The translations under genes were made by a program, and so were the position numbers. Below, one piece after another: positions 38,902-47,467 of a stretch of 64,000 nt of DNA. The notes under the pieces were generated by a model. The model saw only the letters and a program-made list of their open reading frames with translations. It was not told the DNA's origin and searched no databases. Location: assembly GCA_965228855.1 (NCBI GenBank), contig CBDDIJ010000003.1:3072001-3136000 (forward strand), read 5' to 3'. How positions within the stretch are numbered: position 1 is the first letter of the stretch; every line of letters starts with the position of its first letter. This stretch comes from Candidatus Obscuribacterales bacterium. GTDB lineage: Bacteria; Cyanobacteriota; Vampirovibrionia; Obscuribacterales; Obscuribacteraceae.

Positions 38902-39303
38902 ATGTTCGCCATAGTTGAAGCCTGCGGCAGGCAATATAAATTAGAGCCGGGACGCTTCGTCGACATCGACCTCACCAGCGCAAACCAAGGTGATAAACAC
39001 CTGTTTGACAAAGTGTTGATGCTCGTCGACGGCGACGAAACCACAGTCGGTCAGCCCTTCGTTGAAGGCGCCACAGTGACCGGCAGTGTGATTTCGAAAT
39101 TGGTAGAGAACGAGGCTACAGGCAGAATTGACTCATCAGTCAAAGCTTCCAAAGTCATCGTATATCATATGAAGCCCAAAAAAGGCACTCGTAAGAAACA
39201 AGGTCACAGACAGCAATTCACCCGCGTCTGGATCGATTCAATCGAAGTCAACAACAAAGTATTGGCAAAAGCCGAGAAAAAAGAAAAGGCTGAAAGCAAG
39301 TAA
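38902..39303 (+). CDS. rplU: 50S ribosomal protein L21
   Basis: [42 protein letters not shown]. Confidence 0.96.
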   Translation: MFAIVEACGRQYKLEPGRFVDIDLTSANQGDKHLFDKVLMLVDGDETTVGQPFVEGATVTGSVISKLVENEATGRIDSSVKASKVIVYHMKPKKGTRKKQGHRQQFTRVWIDSIEVNNKVLAKAEKKEKAESK

Positions 39304-39358
39304 TAGAGCGCTTGGAGCGCGCGGTGCATTTGCACCGTTACAAGGGAGTTGATTTGTC

Positions 39359-39610
39359 ATGGCACATAAAAAAGGTGCAGGTTCAACAAGAAACGGTCGC
39401 GACAGCCAACCTAAGCGTCTTGGCGTAAAGGTCTTCGGCGGTCAAATCGCGATTCCTGGAAACATTCTCGTCCGTCAACGCGGCACGAAAATTCATCCTG
39501 GTTTCAACGTAAAAATCGGCAGAGATGACACTTTGTACTCGATGATCGAAGGGGTCGTCACGTACGAGATGTCGCGTGGAAAAAAACGCGTCAGCGTCTA
39601 CCCGGCCTAG
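39359..39610 (+). CDS. rpmA: 50S ribosomal protein L27
   Basis: [24 protein letters not shown]. Confidence 0.99.
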   Translation: MAHKKGAGSTRNGRDSQPKRLGVKVFGGQIAIPGNILVRQRGTKIHPGFNVKIGRDDTLYSMIEGVVTYEMSRGKKRVSVYPA

Positions 39611-39631
39611 TTTTTTACCGCGACCGATAGC

Positions 39632-39656
39632 AACCGCCCGCAGCCGCGGGCGGCTT
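39632..39656 (+). terminator. GC-rich hairpin after rpmA
   Basis: CCGCCCGC-AGCC-GCGGGCGG; weak U-tail. Confidence 0.45.
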
Positions 39657-39722
39657 AATGCTGACTAAAAGCGGTTTTCAAACCAAACAGATTATCGAGA
39701 AACGCGCTTGACGCCCACAACT

Positions 39723-41258
39723 ATGGAAGTTCCACCAAAGCCTGTTGACCCCCTGCTCCGGAAGTGGGGACTGGCAGCCGACTGGGAGGACTCCTCGGCA
39801 AGCGCGTTTTCCGGCGTTTCGTACGACTCGCGCTCGGTGCAGCCCGGACACATTTTCTTTTGCATTCACGGCGAAAAAACTGACGGCAACAACTTCATCA
39901 ACGACGCGGTCAAATCAGGCGCCGTTTTAATCGTAAGCGAGAAGCCCAAGCCGAGCGGTTTTACATCGCCTTATCTCGTCGTCAAAGATGTCCGTGAAGC
40001 GATGTCGGAAGCGGCGGATTATCTATACGAGCACCCCAGCACGAAGCTGCGCGTGCTTGGCGTGACTGGGACGAATGGAAAAACATCGACCACTCACATT
40101 ATCGAGCATATTTTGAACGGCACAGGGCGCAAAGCCGGTCTGGTCGGAACCATGGGCGTCCGCTGGGCGGGAGCCGGACACGGCGACGGTTACATTGAAG
40201 CAAAACACACTACGCCGCAAGCAGCAGATCTGCACAGACTGTTTTATCAAATGGTGAATGCAGGCGTTTCTCACGTGGCAATGGAAGTTTCGAGCCATGC
40301 TCTTGCTCTTAAGCGCGTTGACAACTGCCAGTTCGCATCAGCTTGCCTGACGAATATCACCCAGGACCATCTCGATTTCCACAAAACCATGGAGCATTAC
40401 TGGCGGTCCAAACTGCTGTTGTTCAGCTCTTTGAACGCGAGTCCACTCGATCCGAAAAACGCGATCGTCAATATAGACCAGGAGCTGGCGCCGGAATATT
40501 TGAAGGCGGTTTCGGCCAGCGTGAATAAATACACATATGGATTCTCCGAGAAGGCAGATTTTAGAGCCGTCAACGCGCATTTCGACAAGAGTGGAACGGC
40601 GCTCACGGTTTTAACGCCAAACGGTCCGATCGATTTGAAACTTAAACTGGTCGGCAATTTCAACGTGTACAACGTACTTGCCGCACTGACCATTTGCTCG
40701 ACCGAAGGCGTGTCCAATCAGGAATTGAAAGAGTCGCTCGAATCATTCGCCGGCGTCTGCGGGCGCTTCCAGGTCGTATCCGACATGACCAGCCATGAGC
40801 CGCTCTGCATCGTAGACTACGCGCACTCTCCGGATGGTCTGGAGAATGTATTGAACGTGGCGCGCGAACTCGTTCCACCTGATGGGAAGCTTATCGTCGT
40901 CTTCGGCTGTGGCGGAGACCGCGACACTTCAAAACGTCCTCAAATGGGCGCCATTGCCGAGAATCTCGCCGACCAGGTGGTAGTGACTTCAGACAATCCG
41001 CGCTCTGAAGACCCGCAACAAATCATCATTGACATCCTGGCCGGTATCAAGAGAATGAACGAAGACATCGTTGTCGAACCGGACAGAGCCAAGGCAATTC
41101 AGCTTGGCGTCCTCGATGCGTCTGACAAAGATATAGTCGTAGTCGCTGGAAAAGGGCACGAAACCTACCAGATCATCAAGGGACAGACTTTTGATTTTGA
41201 CGACAAAGTCGAAGTCCAGAAGGCTCTTGAGAAACGGCGGGATTCTTCAGCTACCTGA
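39723..41258 (+). CDS. murE: UDP-N-acetylmuramoyl-tripeptide synthetase (DAP ligase)
   Basis: GVTGTNGKTST, MEVSSHAL, DHLDFH, VDYAHSPD, FGCGGDRD, DNPR (meso-DAP specificity motif), AGKGHE. Confidence 0.97.
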   Translation: MEVPPKPVDPLLRKWGLAADWEDSSASAFSGVSYDSRSVQPGHIFFCIHGEKTDGNNFINDAVKSGAVLIVSEKPKPSGFTSPYLVVKDVREAMSEAADYLYEHPSTKLRVLGVTGTNGKTSTTHIIEHILNGTGRKAGLVGTMGVRWAGAGHGDGYIEAKHTTPQAADLHRLFYQMVNAGVSHVAMEVSSHALALKRVDNCQFASACLTNITQDHLDFHKTMEHYWRSKLLLFSSLNASPLDPKNAIVNIDQELAPEYLKAVSASVNKYTYGFSEKADFRAVNAHFDKSGTALTVLTPNGPIDLKLKLVGNFNVYNVLAALTICSTEGVSNQELKESLESFAGVCGRFQVVSDMTSHEPLCIVDYAHSPDGLENVLNVARELVPPDGKLIVVFGCGGDRDTSKRPQMGAIAENLADQVVVTSDNPRSEDPQQIIIDILAGIKRMNEDIVVEPDRAKAIQLGVLDASDKDIVVVAGKGHETYQIIKGQTFDFDDKVEVQKALEKRRDSSAT

Positions 41259-41314
41259 TTTCGGCAAGGCGGTTATAATCTTTGCGGGAGTTGCGAGCCA
41301 AGAAAATTTGACCC

Positions 41315-42148
41315 GTGGGTATTAGTTTTCACGTCACCTCGGTCCGCGAGGGAACCATATTCAACGTAATGCAATTCCTGGCGCTCGAAAAGGTGACAGG
41401 AACGCTCTCAATTCGCTTCGGACGTAACATCCCCGAGGTGAGCATCTACTTCGTCACGGGCAATCTTACGACCGCTGAATTCGGCGCCATAGTCAGTGAC
41501 GACGTAATCGACGTTCTGCTCTGCCAGGAGTTCGCCGTAAAGGAAATTGTGTTTACTCCCGAACGTGTGGCGCAAATTAATGAAGACGCGCTGATTCGAG
41601 GCGCCAACAGTTTATCCGGAATAGTTTTAAACGCATCAAAAGACGTCGATATGTGTGAGGCGCGCAGCCTTATCTACGGCATGATGCCGATGACGGACGG
41701 CAAAGGGCGAAAACCGGAATCGCTGCTGCATGTTCTATACGGTTTCGGCGAGTGGGAGAGCGAGCTCTCGAAAGTGCCCGCAGATGCAAAAGACAAGGCG
41801 GCTCCGCTCAAGCAATGCGTGCTTCTGAGTCGCGCGCTGCGCAAAGGAGCGATTGCCTACCAGACGCCAATCGTGTCTCTCAAAGGCGTCCGCCCGCTAA
41901 TCAATATGTTGAATCCTCTGAGCGAAAACGAAGAAAACAATTTGCGCGGATATTTGCGTAGTTTGCTCCCGCATCAGCGAGCGACGCATCTTTCGATAGA
42001 ACGATTCTACGCATTCGCAAGCGCCATCGAATCAATTGCCCAGCGACGAGGAAAAGAAGTCGGAGATCAGGCGCGCAAGGCAATTCAAGAGCTTATCCAG
42101 CAGACAACGGTTTTGCAAGATAACCCCAAGCCTTCTGCGAAGACGTAG
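41315..42148 (+). CDS. DUF4388/PATAN-like domain protein
   Basis: N-terminal IFNVMQFLALEKVTGTLSI..IYFVTGNL.TAE pattern. Confidence 0.65.
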   Translation: MGISFHVTSVREGTIFNVMQFLALEKVTGTLSIRFGRNIPEVSIYFVTGNLTTAEFGAIVSDDVIDVLLCQEFAVKEIVFTPERVAQINEDALIRGANSLSGIVLNASKDVDMCEARSLIYGMMPMTDGKGRKPESLLHVLYGFGEWESELSKVPADAKDKAAPLKQCVLLSRALRKGAIAYQTPIVSLKGVRPLINMLNPLSENEENNLRGYLRSLLPHQRATHLSIERFYAFASAIESIAQRRGKEVGDQARKAIQELIQQTTVLQDNPKPSAKT

Positions 42149-42517
42149 TCGCCGTCTGACAACATTTGCAGGCGACGGTGCTACACGGTAATCTCTCCCC
42201 CACCTGAGGTCTTTCTCTGGTATCCGTCACCGGCGAAAGCTCTCACTGCTGCGATGTTATGCGCCTGGATGCAGACGGGATAATCCGTGCTCGACGATCA
42301 AATCGCCGATGACGTTCCACGAGTTCATCTCTCGGAACGCCTTTTACCCACGGCCTTCCACATGGCGAGGCTGGCTTGGGAACCTGGATTTGAATGAAGA
42401 CAAATTATGTTTTTCTCGTCGATTTCTAGACATCAGACAGTTCACCACGGGTGGTGTCACATCAGCGTTTCAAGAACATAGCGAAGGCTCCAGAGCTGAC
42501 GAACGCAGCGCAGGTTC

Positions 42518-43234
42518 TTATGCGGGTTGAGTCAGATCTCTTTTGAAGGCTGGTCGGGTTTTCTCAGGTCGAATATGATCGAATTTCAACCCTTTTGCGA
42601 CAGACCACTTCAAAATCTCTTCCGTGGATTTGAGACACTGTCTCGAATTTCTTCTGCTCTCGTGCAAAACAATCACACTGCCGGAGCGCGTCTGTCTGAC
42701 GATTCGTCGCACAACTTCCGATACGCCGACATCGTTCCAGTCCTCTGCGACCGGTCCCCAGTATACGCAGGTAAGATCGCGCTCGGTCAGGGTAGAAGCT
42801 TTGTCGGAATCTATAAGACCGTATGGTGGTCGAAAAACAGTCGGAGCCTCTCCGCACGCATTCTTGATTAAAAGACTGGTGGCGTCTACTTCCTTTTCAA
42901 AAAGCCCTTTCGGAATAAAAAGCGGCGGCAGGTGCTTATACGTGTGATTGCCGATCTGATGCCCGTGCTCGCGTGTCATCTTCACGAGTTCCGGAAACTG
43001 CTCGACATTCGATCCGGTGAAAAAGAAAGTTGCCTTGACGTTATGCTCGTTCAAAATCTGGAGCAGTTTTGGCGTCGTCTCCGGAAACGGGCCATCATCG
43101 AACGTCATGTGGCAGGGCGAATCGACCGAATCCTCCGGATGGTGCCAGTATCCGGACGGCAGGACGGAGCGGCAAGCGCCCGTCATCATATCCATTTTGA
43201 GGTCGAGGAGAGATTTAATCATGCCAAAGCTCAA
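42518..43234 (-). CDS. Polysaccharide deacetylase (NodB/CE4)
   Basis: TFDDGP, ATFF, GNHTYKH, FRPPYG, IVLHE. Confidence 0.92.
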   Translation of the reverse strand: MSFGMIKSLLDLKMDMMTGACRSVLPSGYWHHPEDSVDSPCHMTFDDGPFPETTPKLLQILNEHNVKATFFFTGSNVEQFPELVKMTREHGHQIGNHTYKHLPPLFIPKGLFEKEVDATSLLIKNACGEAPTVFRPPYGLIDSDKASTLTERDLTCVYWGPVAEDWNDVGVSEVVRRIVRQTRSGSVIVLHESRRNSRQCLKSTEEILKWSVAKGLKFDHIRPEKTRPAFKRDLTQPA

Positions 43235-43506
43235 ACGCTACTTTTAAACGTAACACAACTCTAGTCGCAGCGGATCGGGCAAACCGCTCCAATGCGATCA
43301 CTTTCTTCACTGTTGCGTGCGAACGTCCGGTATTAACCTGGGTTTTAACGCTCCTGAGACGTCAAAACTTCTGATCGAAACGCCCATATCGGTCGCCCAT
43401 GGAGCATTGGCGACTTTTCAATATGATAAAGTAGCCTTGCCGTGACACTCAGTCGCGGCGTTACCAATTCGACATTAAACGCTTCGTTTTGACAGGGAGA
43501 TTGTAG

Positions 43507-44793
43507 ATGCTCGACTTCAGACCGCCGCTCGACTCACCGCTGCTGATCGCGATGGTCAAACTCCTGATGCCGTTGTACATGAAGTTGGGTTTGAATGACA
43601 CCACAATTAGTGTCTCGCCTGAAGCACTGGAACGTTTCACAAAACTGAAAGGGAAGAAGGCACTCATTTGCCCCAATCACAGCTTTCGCCACGATCCGCA
43701 GGTGATGTTCGCGTTCTCGAAACTTGTCGAAGAAGACTTCAATTTTATTGCGGCGCGAGAAGTTTTCGATTGGGATCATGGTTTAAACGGTTGGTGGCTG
43801 CAGCATATGGGCGCTTATTCAGTAGTCCGAGGAGCAGTCGATAGAGAGTCGTTTAAGACCACTCGCGAAATTCTCTCGACCGGTAGAAAGAAGCTCGTTT
43901 TGTTTCCGGAAGGCGAAATTTCAAGGCAAAACGACACGCTTCTGCCGCTTGAGTCGGGAGCCGCGCAAATGTCATTCTGGGCGCTCAGCGACATCAAAAA
44001 AGCCAATCCCAATGACACAATACACATCATTCCGATGGCGCTCAAATACACCTATCCATACGATATCGGTTCAAACATCAGAGAGTCTATTGGTCGCCTC
44101 GAGTCGAAGCTGAACCTTTCTCCATTCGCCGAAGAAGAAGGCAAGCTCAAACTCGAAATTGAATCCGCGTCAGACTCTGCTCGCTTCCGAGTTCGGCGCA
44201 TCGCGGAAAAACTTCTTTCCGTGCTCGAAAAGGAGTACAAACAGAAGCCGAACGAAGATGCGACAATGAATCAAAGAGTGGAAACTCTCAGACGCGCGAT
44301 TCTAGCAAAGGTTGCAAAACAGCTTGATATCGAGCTTCCAGCAGGCAATCGCGAACTGGAAAATGTACGAATTCTGCGCAACACCCTCGACGATTACATT
44401 TATCAAACAGACGGCGGCAACTCCAGCGAATACGAAAAGCAAGTCAGAGAGCAGACTTCGGCTAACATCAAGTCGTGCTACAAAGATCTCGATCGAGTGG
44501 TGAATTTTATCGCTATCTACGATGGCTATGTCACGGAGCACATGTCGCAAGAACGATACTCGCACGTACTCGACCGCATGGAACAAGAAGTCTTCGGCGG
44601 CGCGCCGACTCTGCGAGGAGCGCGTCTCATTCTTATAGACGTCGGCGAACCGATCAACCTGGACGATCATCTGGACGTTTACAAGTCGAAGAAGAAAGAA
44701 GCCGTCGCGAAAGTTACCGACGAGATCTTTAGCCAGATTTCATCGATGCTTCATGGTTTGGAAGCGAAGCGGAAGCCGGTATTTCTCAAATAG
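43507..44793 (+). CDS. Lysophospholipid/glycerol acyltransferase, long cyanobacterial-like form
   Basis: NHSFRHD (HX4D), GAYSVVRG, LFPEGE. Confidence 0.85.
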   Translation: MLDFRPPLDSPLLIAMVKLLMPLYMKLGLNDTTISVSPEALERFTKLKGKKALICPNHSFRHDPQVMFAFSKLVEEDFNFIAAREVFDWDHGLNGWWLQHMGAYSVVRGAVDRESFKTTREILSTGRKKLVLFPEGEISRQNDTLLPLESGAAQMSFWALSDIKKANPNDTIHIIPMALKYTYPYDIGSNIRESIGRLESKLNLSPFAEEEGKLKLEIESASDSARFRVRRIAEKLLSVLEKEYKQKPNEDATMNQRVETLRRAILAKVAKQLDIELPAGNRELENVRILRNTLDDYIYQTDGGNSSEYEKQVREQTSANIKSCYKDLDRVVNFIAIYDGYVTEHMSQERYSHVLDRMEQEVFGGAPTLRGARLILIDVGEPINLDDHLDVYKSKKKEAVAKVTDEIFSQISSMLHGLEAKRKPVFLK

Positions 44794-44966
44794 TGGCTGA
44801 ACGGCTCTAATTCCGTTTAAGAAAGCTCGTATTTCGCAAAGATCTGACTGGGGACCACTTGATTAGTGGTATTATTCATTGGCTCTGGTCCTGGAGACCA
44901 AAGTCATTGTCCCGAGCCGGTCTCGGGACGCCATCCGGAGAATCTTTTCAAAGTCGTCGAATAGTT

Positions 44967-46412
44967 ATGCAAAAGCTTGCCCTTGTAGGTCTGGGTGCGT
45001 CCGGTCTCTTCGCGTTAAAAGAATTAGCAGGAGCGCCAGTCGAAGTACACGTTTTCGACGTCGGACCGCAGTACAGCAAAAGATACGCCTGCCCGATCGA
45101 TCAGGGCAAGCTCACGGTCTGCCCGCCCAAGGCATGCAGCTACTGCGCTCCCGGACAGTCAGCCGGAAGCTGGAACGACTTCAAAGTCATCCTCTCAGCA
45201 TCGCCGGTGATCGGTGGACGACTTTATGAGCTCATTGGCGAACAGGAACTGCAGAAACGTCTCGACACGGTGCGTCAAACAATCCTGACGCACGCGCCCG
45301 TCGAAATCCCAGTGGTGAAGCCAAACAAAGATGATCTTGATTGGATCAACAAACGCGCAACGCTCGCCGGAATGACCTACCACTATCAAGAGCTATTGCA
45401 CTGCGGCTCAGACAACGCGCCGGCAATCAACACCAGCATTCTCAACGAAATTATCGAAAAAGGTCCCAACATTGTTTTTCACTGGGACTCGAAAGTCCAG
45501 TCGGTAGCCAGACGTGGAGAGCGTTTCGCCGTCCGTCATGACGGATATCGCAAACCAACAAGTAACGAACAAGAAGACATTTTCGACTACTGCATCCTTT
45601 CGGTCGGCAGAGGCGGAGCACACTGGCTTACGCAACAAGAATTCTACAAAGCGCTGGACATCTATCCAGGTCAGGTAGACATCGGCGTGCGGGTCGAAAC
45701 AAGCTGCTACTTCACCGAAGAGGTGGACAAGCGCTTCTACGAGCCAAAGCTCTATTACATCAGCCGTCACACAGGCGACGTAGTTCGCAACTTCTGCTCT
45801 AACCCTCGAGGGTATGTCACGCCGGAAAACCATCGAGACTACGTACTAGTGAATGGTCACTCGAAGATGTTCGAGAAATCGGAGAACAACAACTTCGCGG
45901 TTCTAGTCTCGAAAACATTCACTCGTCCGTTCAAAGATCCGCAGCTCTATTCACAAACCATCGCTAAAGTCGTCAACATGCTTGCCGGCGGCGGACCACT
46001 CGTGCAGCGCCTGGGCGATTTGCGCGCCGGAAGAAGAACCAAATCGCTCGCTAACAACATGATCAAACCCACTCTGGAAGCCGAGTGCGGAGATATCTCG
46101 CTGGCGTATCCGCACCGAATTCTGACAAGCATCATGGAATATCTCGATGCCCTCGATAAAATTTGTCCTGGCGTAGCGCACGACTCGACGCTATTGTTTG
46201 CCCCTGAGTGCAAGAGCTATCCGGATTCGATTGCTGTGAATAAATCAATGGAAACCAACATCGAAAACTTGTTCATCATCGGCGACAGCAGCAGCTGGAC
46301 GCGCGGTGTCGGACAGGCTACCACGAGCGGTCTACTGGCTGGCGAAGGCGTCAAAAAGAAGCTCAAAGAGTTGGCACCGGCACCAGCTACGGTGGCACAG
46401 GCCGTATCGTAA
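44967..46412 (+). CDS. FAD-dependent oxidoreductase (COG2509-like)
   Basis: LVGLGASGLFA Rossmann motif, VGRGG, VDIGVRVE, RNFCSNPRG, VNGHS, NNNFAVL, METNIENLFIIGD. Confidence 0.85.
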   Translation: MQKLALVGLGASGLFALKELAGAPVEVHVFDVGPQYSKRYACPIDQGKLTVCPPKACSYCAPGQSAGSWNDFKVILSASPVIGGRLYELIGEQELQKRLDTVRQTILTHAPVEIPVVKPNKDDLDWINKRATLAGMTYHYQELLHCGSDNAPAINTSILNEIIEKGPNIVFHWDSKVQSVARRGERFAVRHDGYRKPTSNEQEDIFDYCILSVGRGGAHWLTQQEFYKALDIYPGQVDIGVRVETSCYFTEEVDKRFYEPKLYYISRHTGDVVRNFCSNPRGYVTPENHRDYVLVNGHSKMFEKSENNNFAVLVSKTFTRPFKDPQLYSQTIAKVVNMLAGGGPLVQRLGDLRAGRRTKSLANNMIKPTLEAECGDISLAYPHRILTSIMEYLDALDKICPGVAHDSTLLFAPECKSYPDSIAVNKSMETNIENLFIIGDSSSWTRGVGQATTSGLLAGEGVKKKLKELAPAPATVAQAVS

Positions 46413-46750
46413 CAGTCAATCTCCAGCATGGAGCGATAGTCGTATCGTGCTAGTCAATTTTCAGCACCGAGCAATAGCCGTATCGTGCTAGTCAATTTTC
46501 AGCACCGAGCAATAGTCGTATCGTGCTAGTCAATTTTCAGCACCGAGCAATAGCCGTATCGTGCTAGTCAATTTTCAGCACCGAGCAATAGCCGTATCGT
46601 GCTAGTCAATTTTCAGCACCGAGCAATAGCCGTATCGTGCTAGTCAATTTTCAGCACCGAGCAATAGCCGTATCGTGCTAGTCAATTTTCAGCACCGAGC
46701 AATAGCCGTATCGTGCTAGTCAATTTTCAGCACCGAGCAATAGCCGTATC
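46403..46750 (+). repeat. Tandem array of a 38-bp unit: 8 near-identical copies, 1 degenerate 5' copy and a 6-bp 3' stub; no spacers
   Basis: CGTATCGTGCTAGTCAATTTTCAGCACCGAGCAATAG(C/T) starting at 46441, 46479, 46517, 46555, 46593, 46631, 46669, 46707; degenerate copy at 46403. Confidence 0.97.
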
Positions 46751-47108
46751 AACGCAAGCAAAAGGCGCATCAGGGCGCAGCAGCATCCGCTCAAACAAAA
46801 GGCTCATCAGCGCGGGGCATAGAGCGGAGAAGGCAAAAAGAGAAGGCACAAAGCATCAGCCCTAGGCTCATACTATCCAAATCCCCGTTAGGTAAGCGTT
46901 ATGCCTGTGCGGAATTGAAAAAAACAAAAGATTCCAGTCGAGCATACCATTCGTTCCAGAAGCCCAGCCTTTCACATTCGACGTACGAAGAAATGACTAG
47001 GGACTCGAAGAGGCACTGCAGACTACAACGGTAAAGTATAAAAAAACAGCTGCAAGAACGCGAGTCTAGAGTCCTGAGCAGACAAGCATGATGAGCAAGC
47101 GCGCCTGC

Positions 47109-47215
47109 GGACGGCTCCAGATGGACGGGGACGGCTCCGGATGGACGGAGATGGCTCGGGATGGACGGGGACGGCTCGGGTGGACGGGGACGGCCCGGGA
47201 TGGACGGGGACGGCT
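47109..47215 (+). repeat. G-rich 20-bp tandem repeat, about 5 copies
   Basis: GGACGGCTC(C/G)(A/G)GATGGACGG units at 47109, 47129, 47149, 47169, 47188, 47208. Confidence 0.9.
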
Positions 47216-47327
47216 GCGAAGCAGATCCGAGTTCGATTTAGATGTATTGTATGACTAATCGGAATTTTGGAACAAAAAGAATTCCGATTAGACATGTTGG
47301 TCCCCTAACGAGAGGTTGGGATAGCCA

Positions 47328-47440
47328 GCTCTAGGTCTTCGGGTTCTATGTCTTCGGTTCTAAGTCTTCGGCTCTACGTCTTCGGCTTTACGTCTTCGGC
47401 TTTACGTCTTCGGCTATACGTCTTCGGCTCTACGTCTTCG
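47328..47440 (+). repeat. 14-bp tandem repeat, 8 copies
   Basis: GTCTTC at 47335, 47350, 47364, 47378, 47392, 47406, 47420, 47434; consensus GTCTTCGGCTCTAC. Confidence 0.92.
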
Positions 47441-47467
47441 ACGTCTTGGTGCTCGGCTCAGGAAGAC

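Noticed and set aside
39304..39358. Absence of the prp (ysxB) protease gene between rplU and rpmA
   Set aside because: Expected, since L27 begins MAHKKG with no cleavable N-terminal extension.
42149..42517. 369-bp gap with a 73-aa ORF (42309-42530) and a hairpin near 42143-42185
   Set aside because: The ORF overlaps the convergent deacetylase end and has no recognisable motif or RBS; I could not support an ncRNA or pseudogene call.
46441..46750. CRISPR array (38-bp palindromic repeat)
   Set aside because: Units are head-to-tail with no unique spacers, and there are no cas genes in the window.
47023..47295. 90-aa ORF across the 20-bp repeat
   Set aside because: The repeat unit is not a multiple of 3, the product is low-complexity, and there is no convincing RBS.
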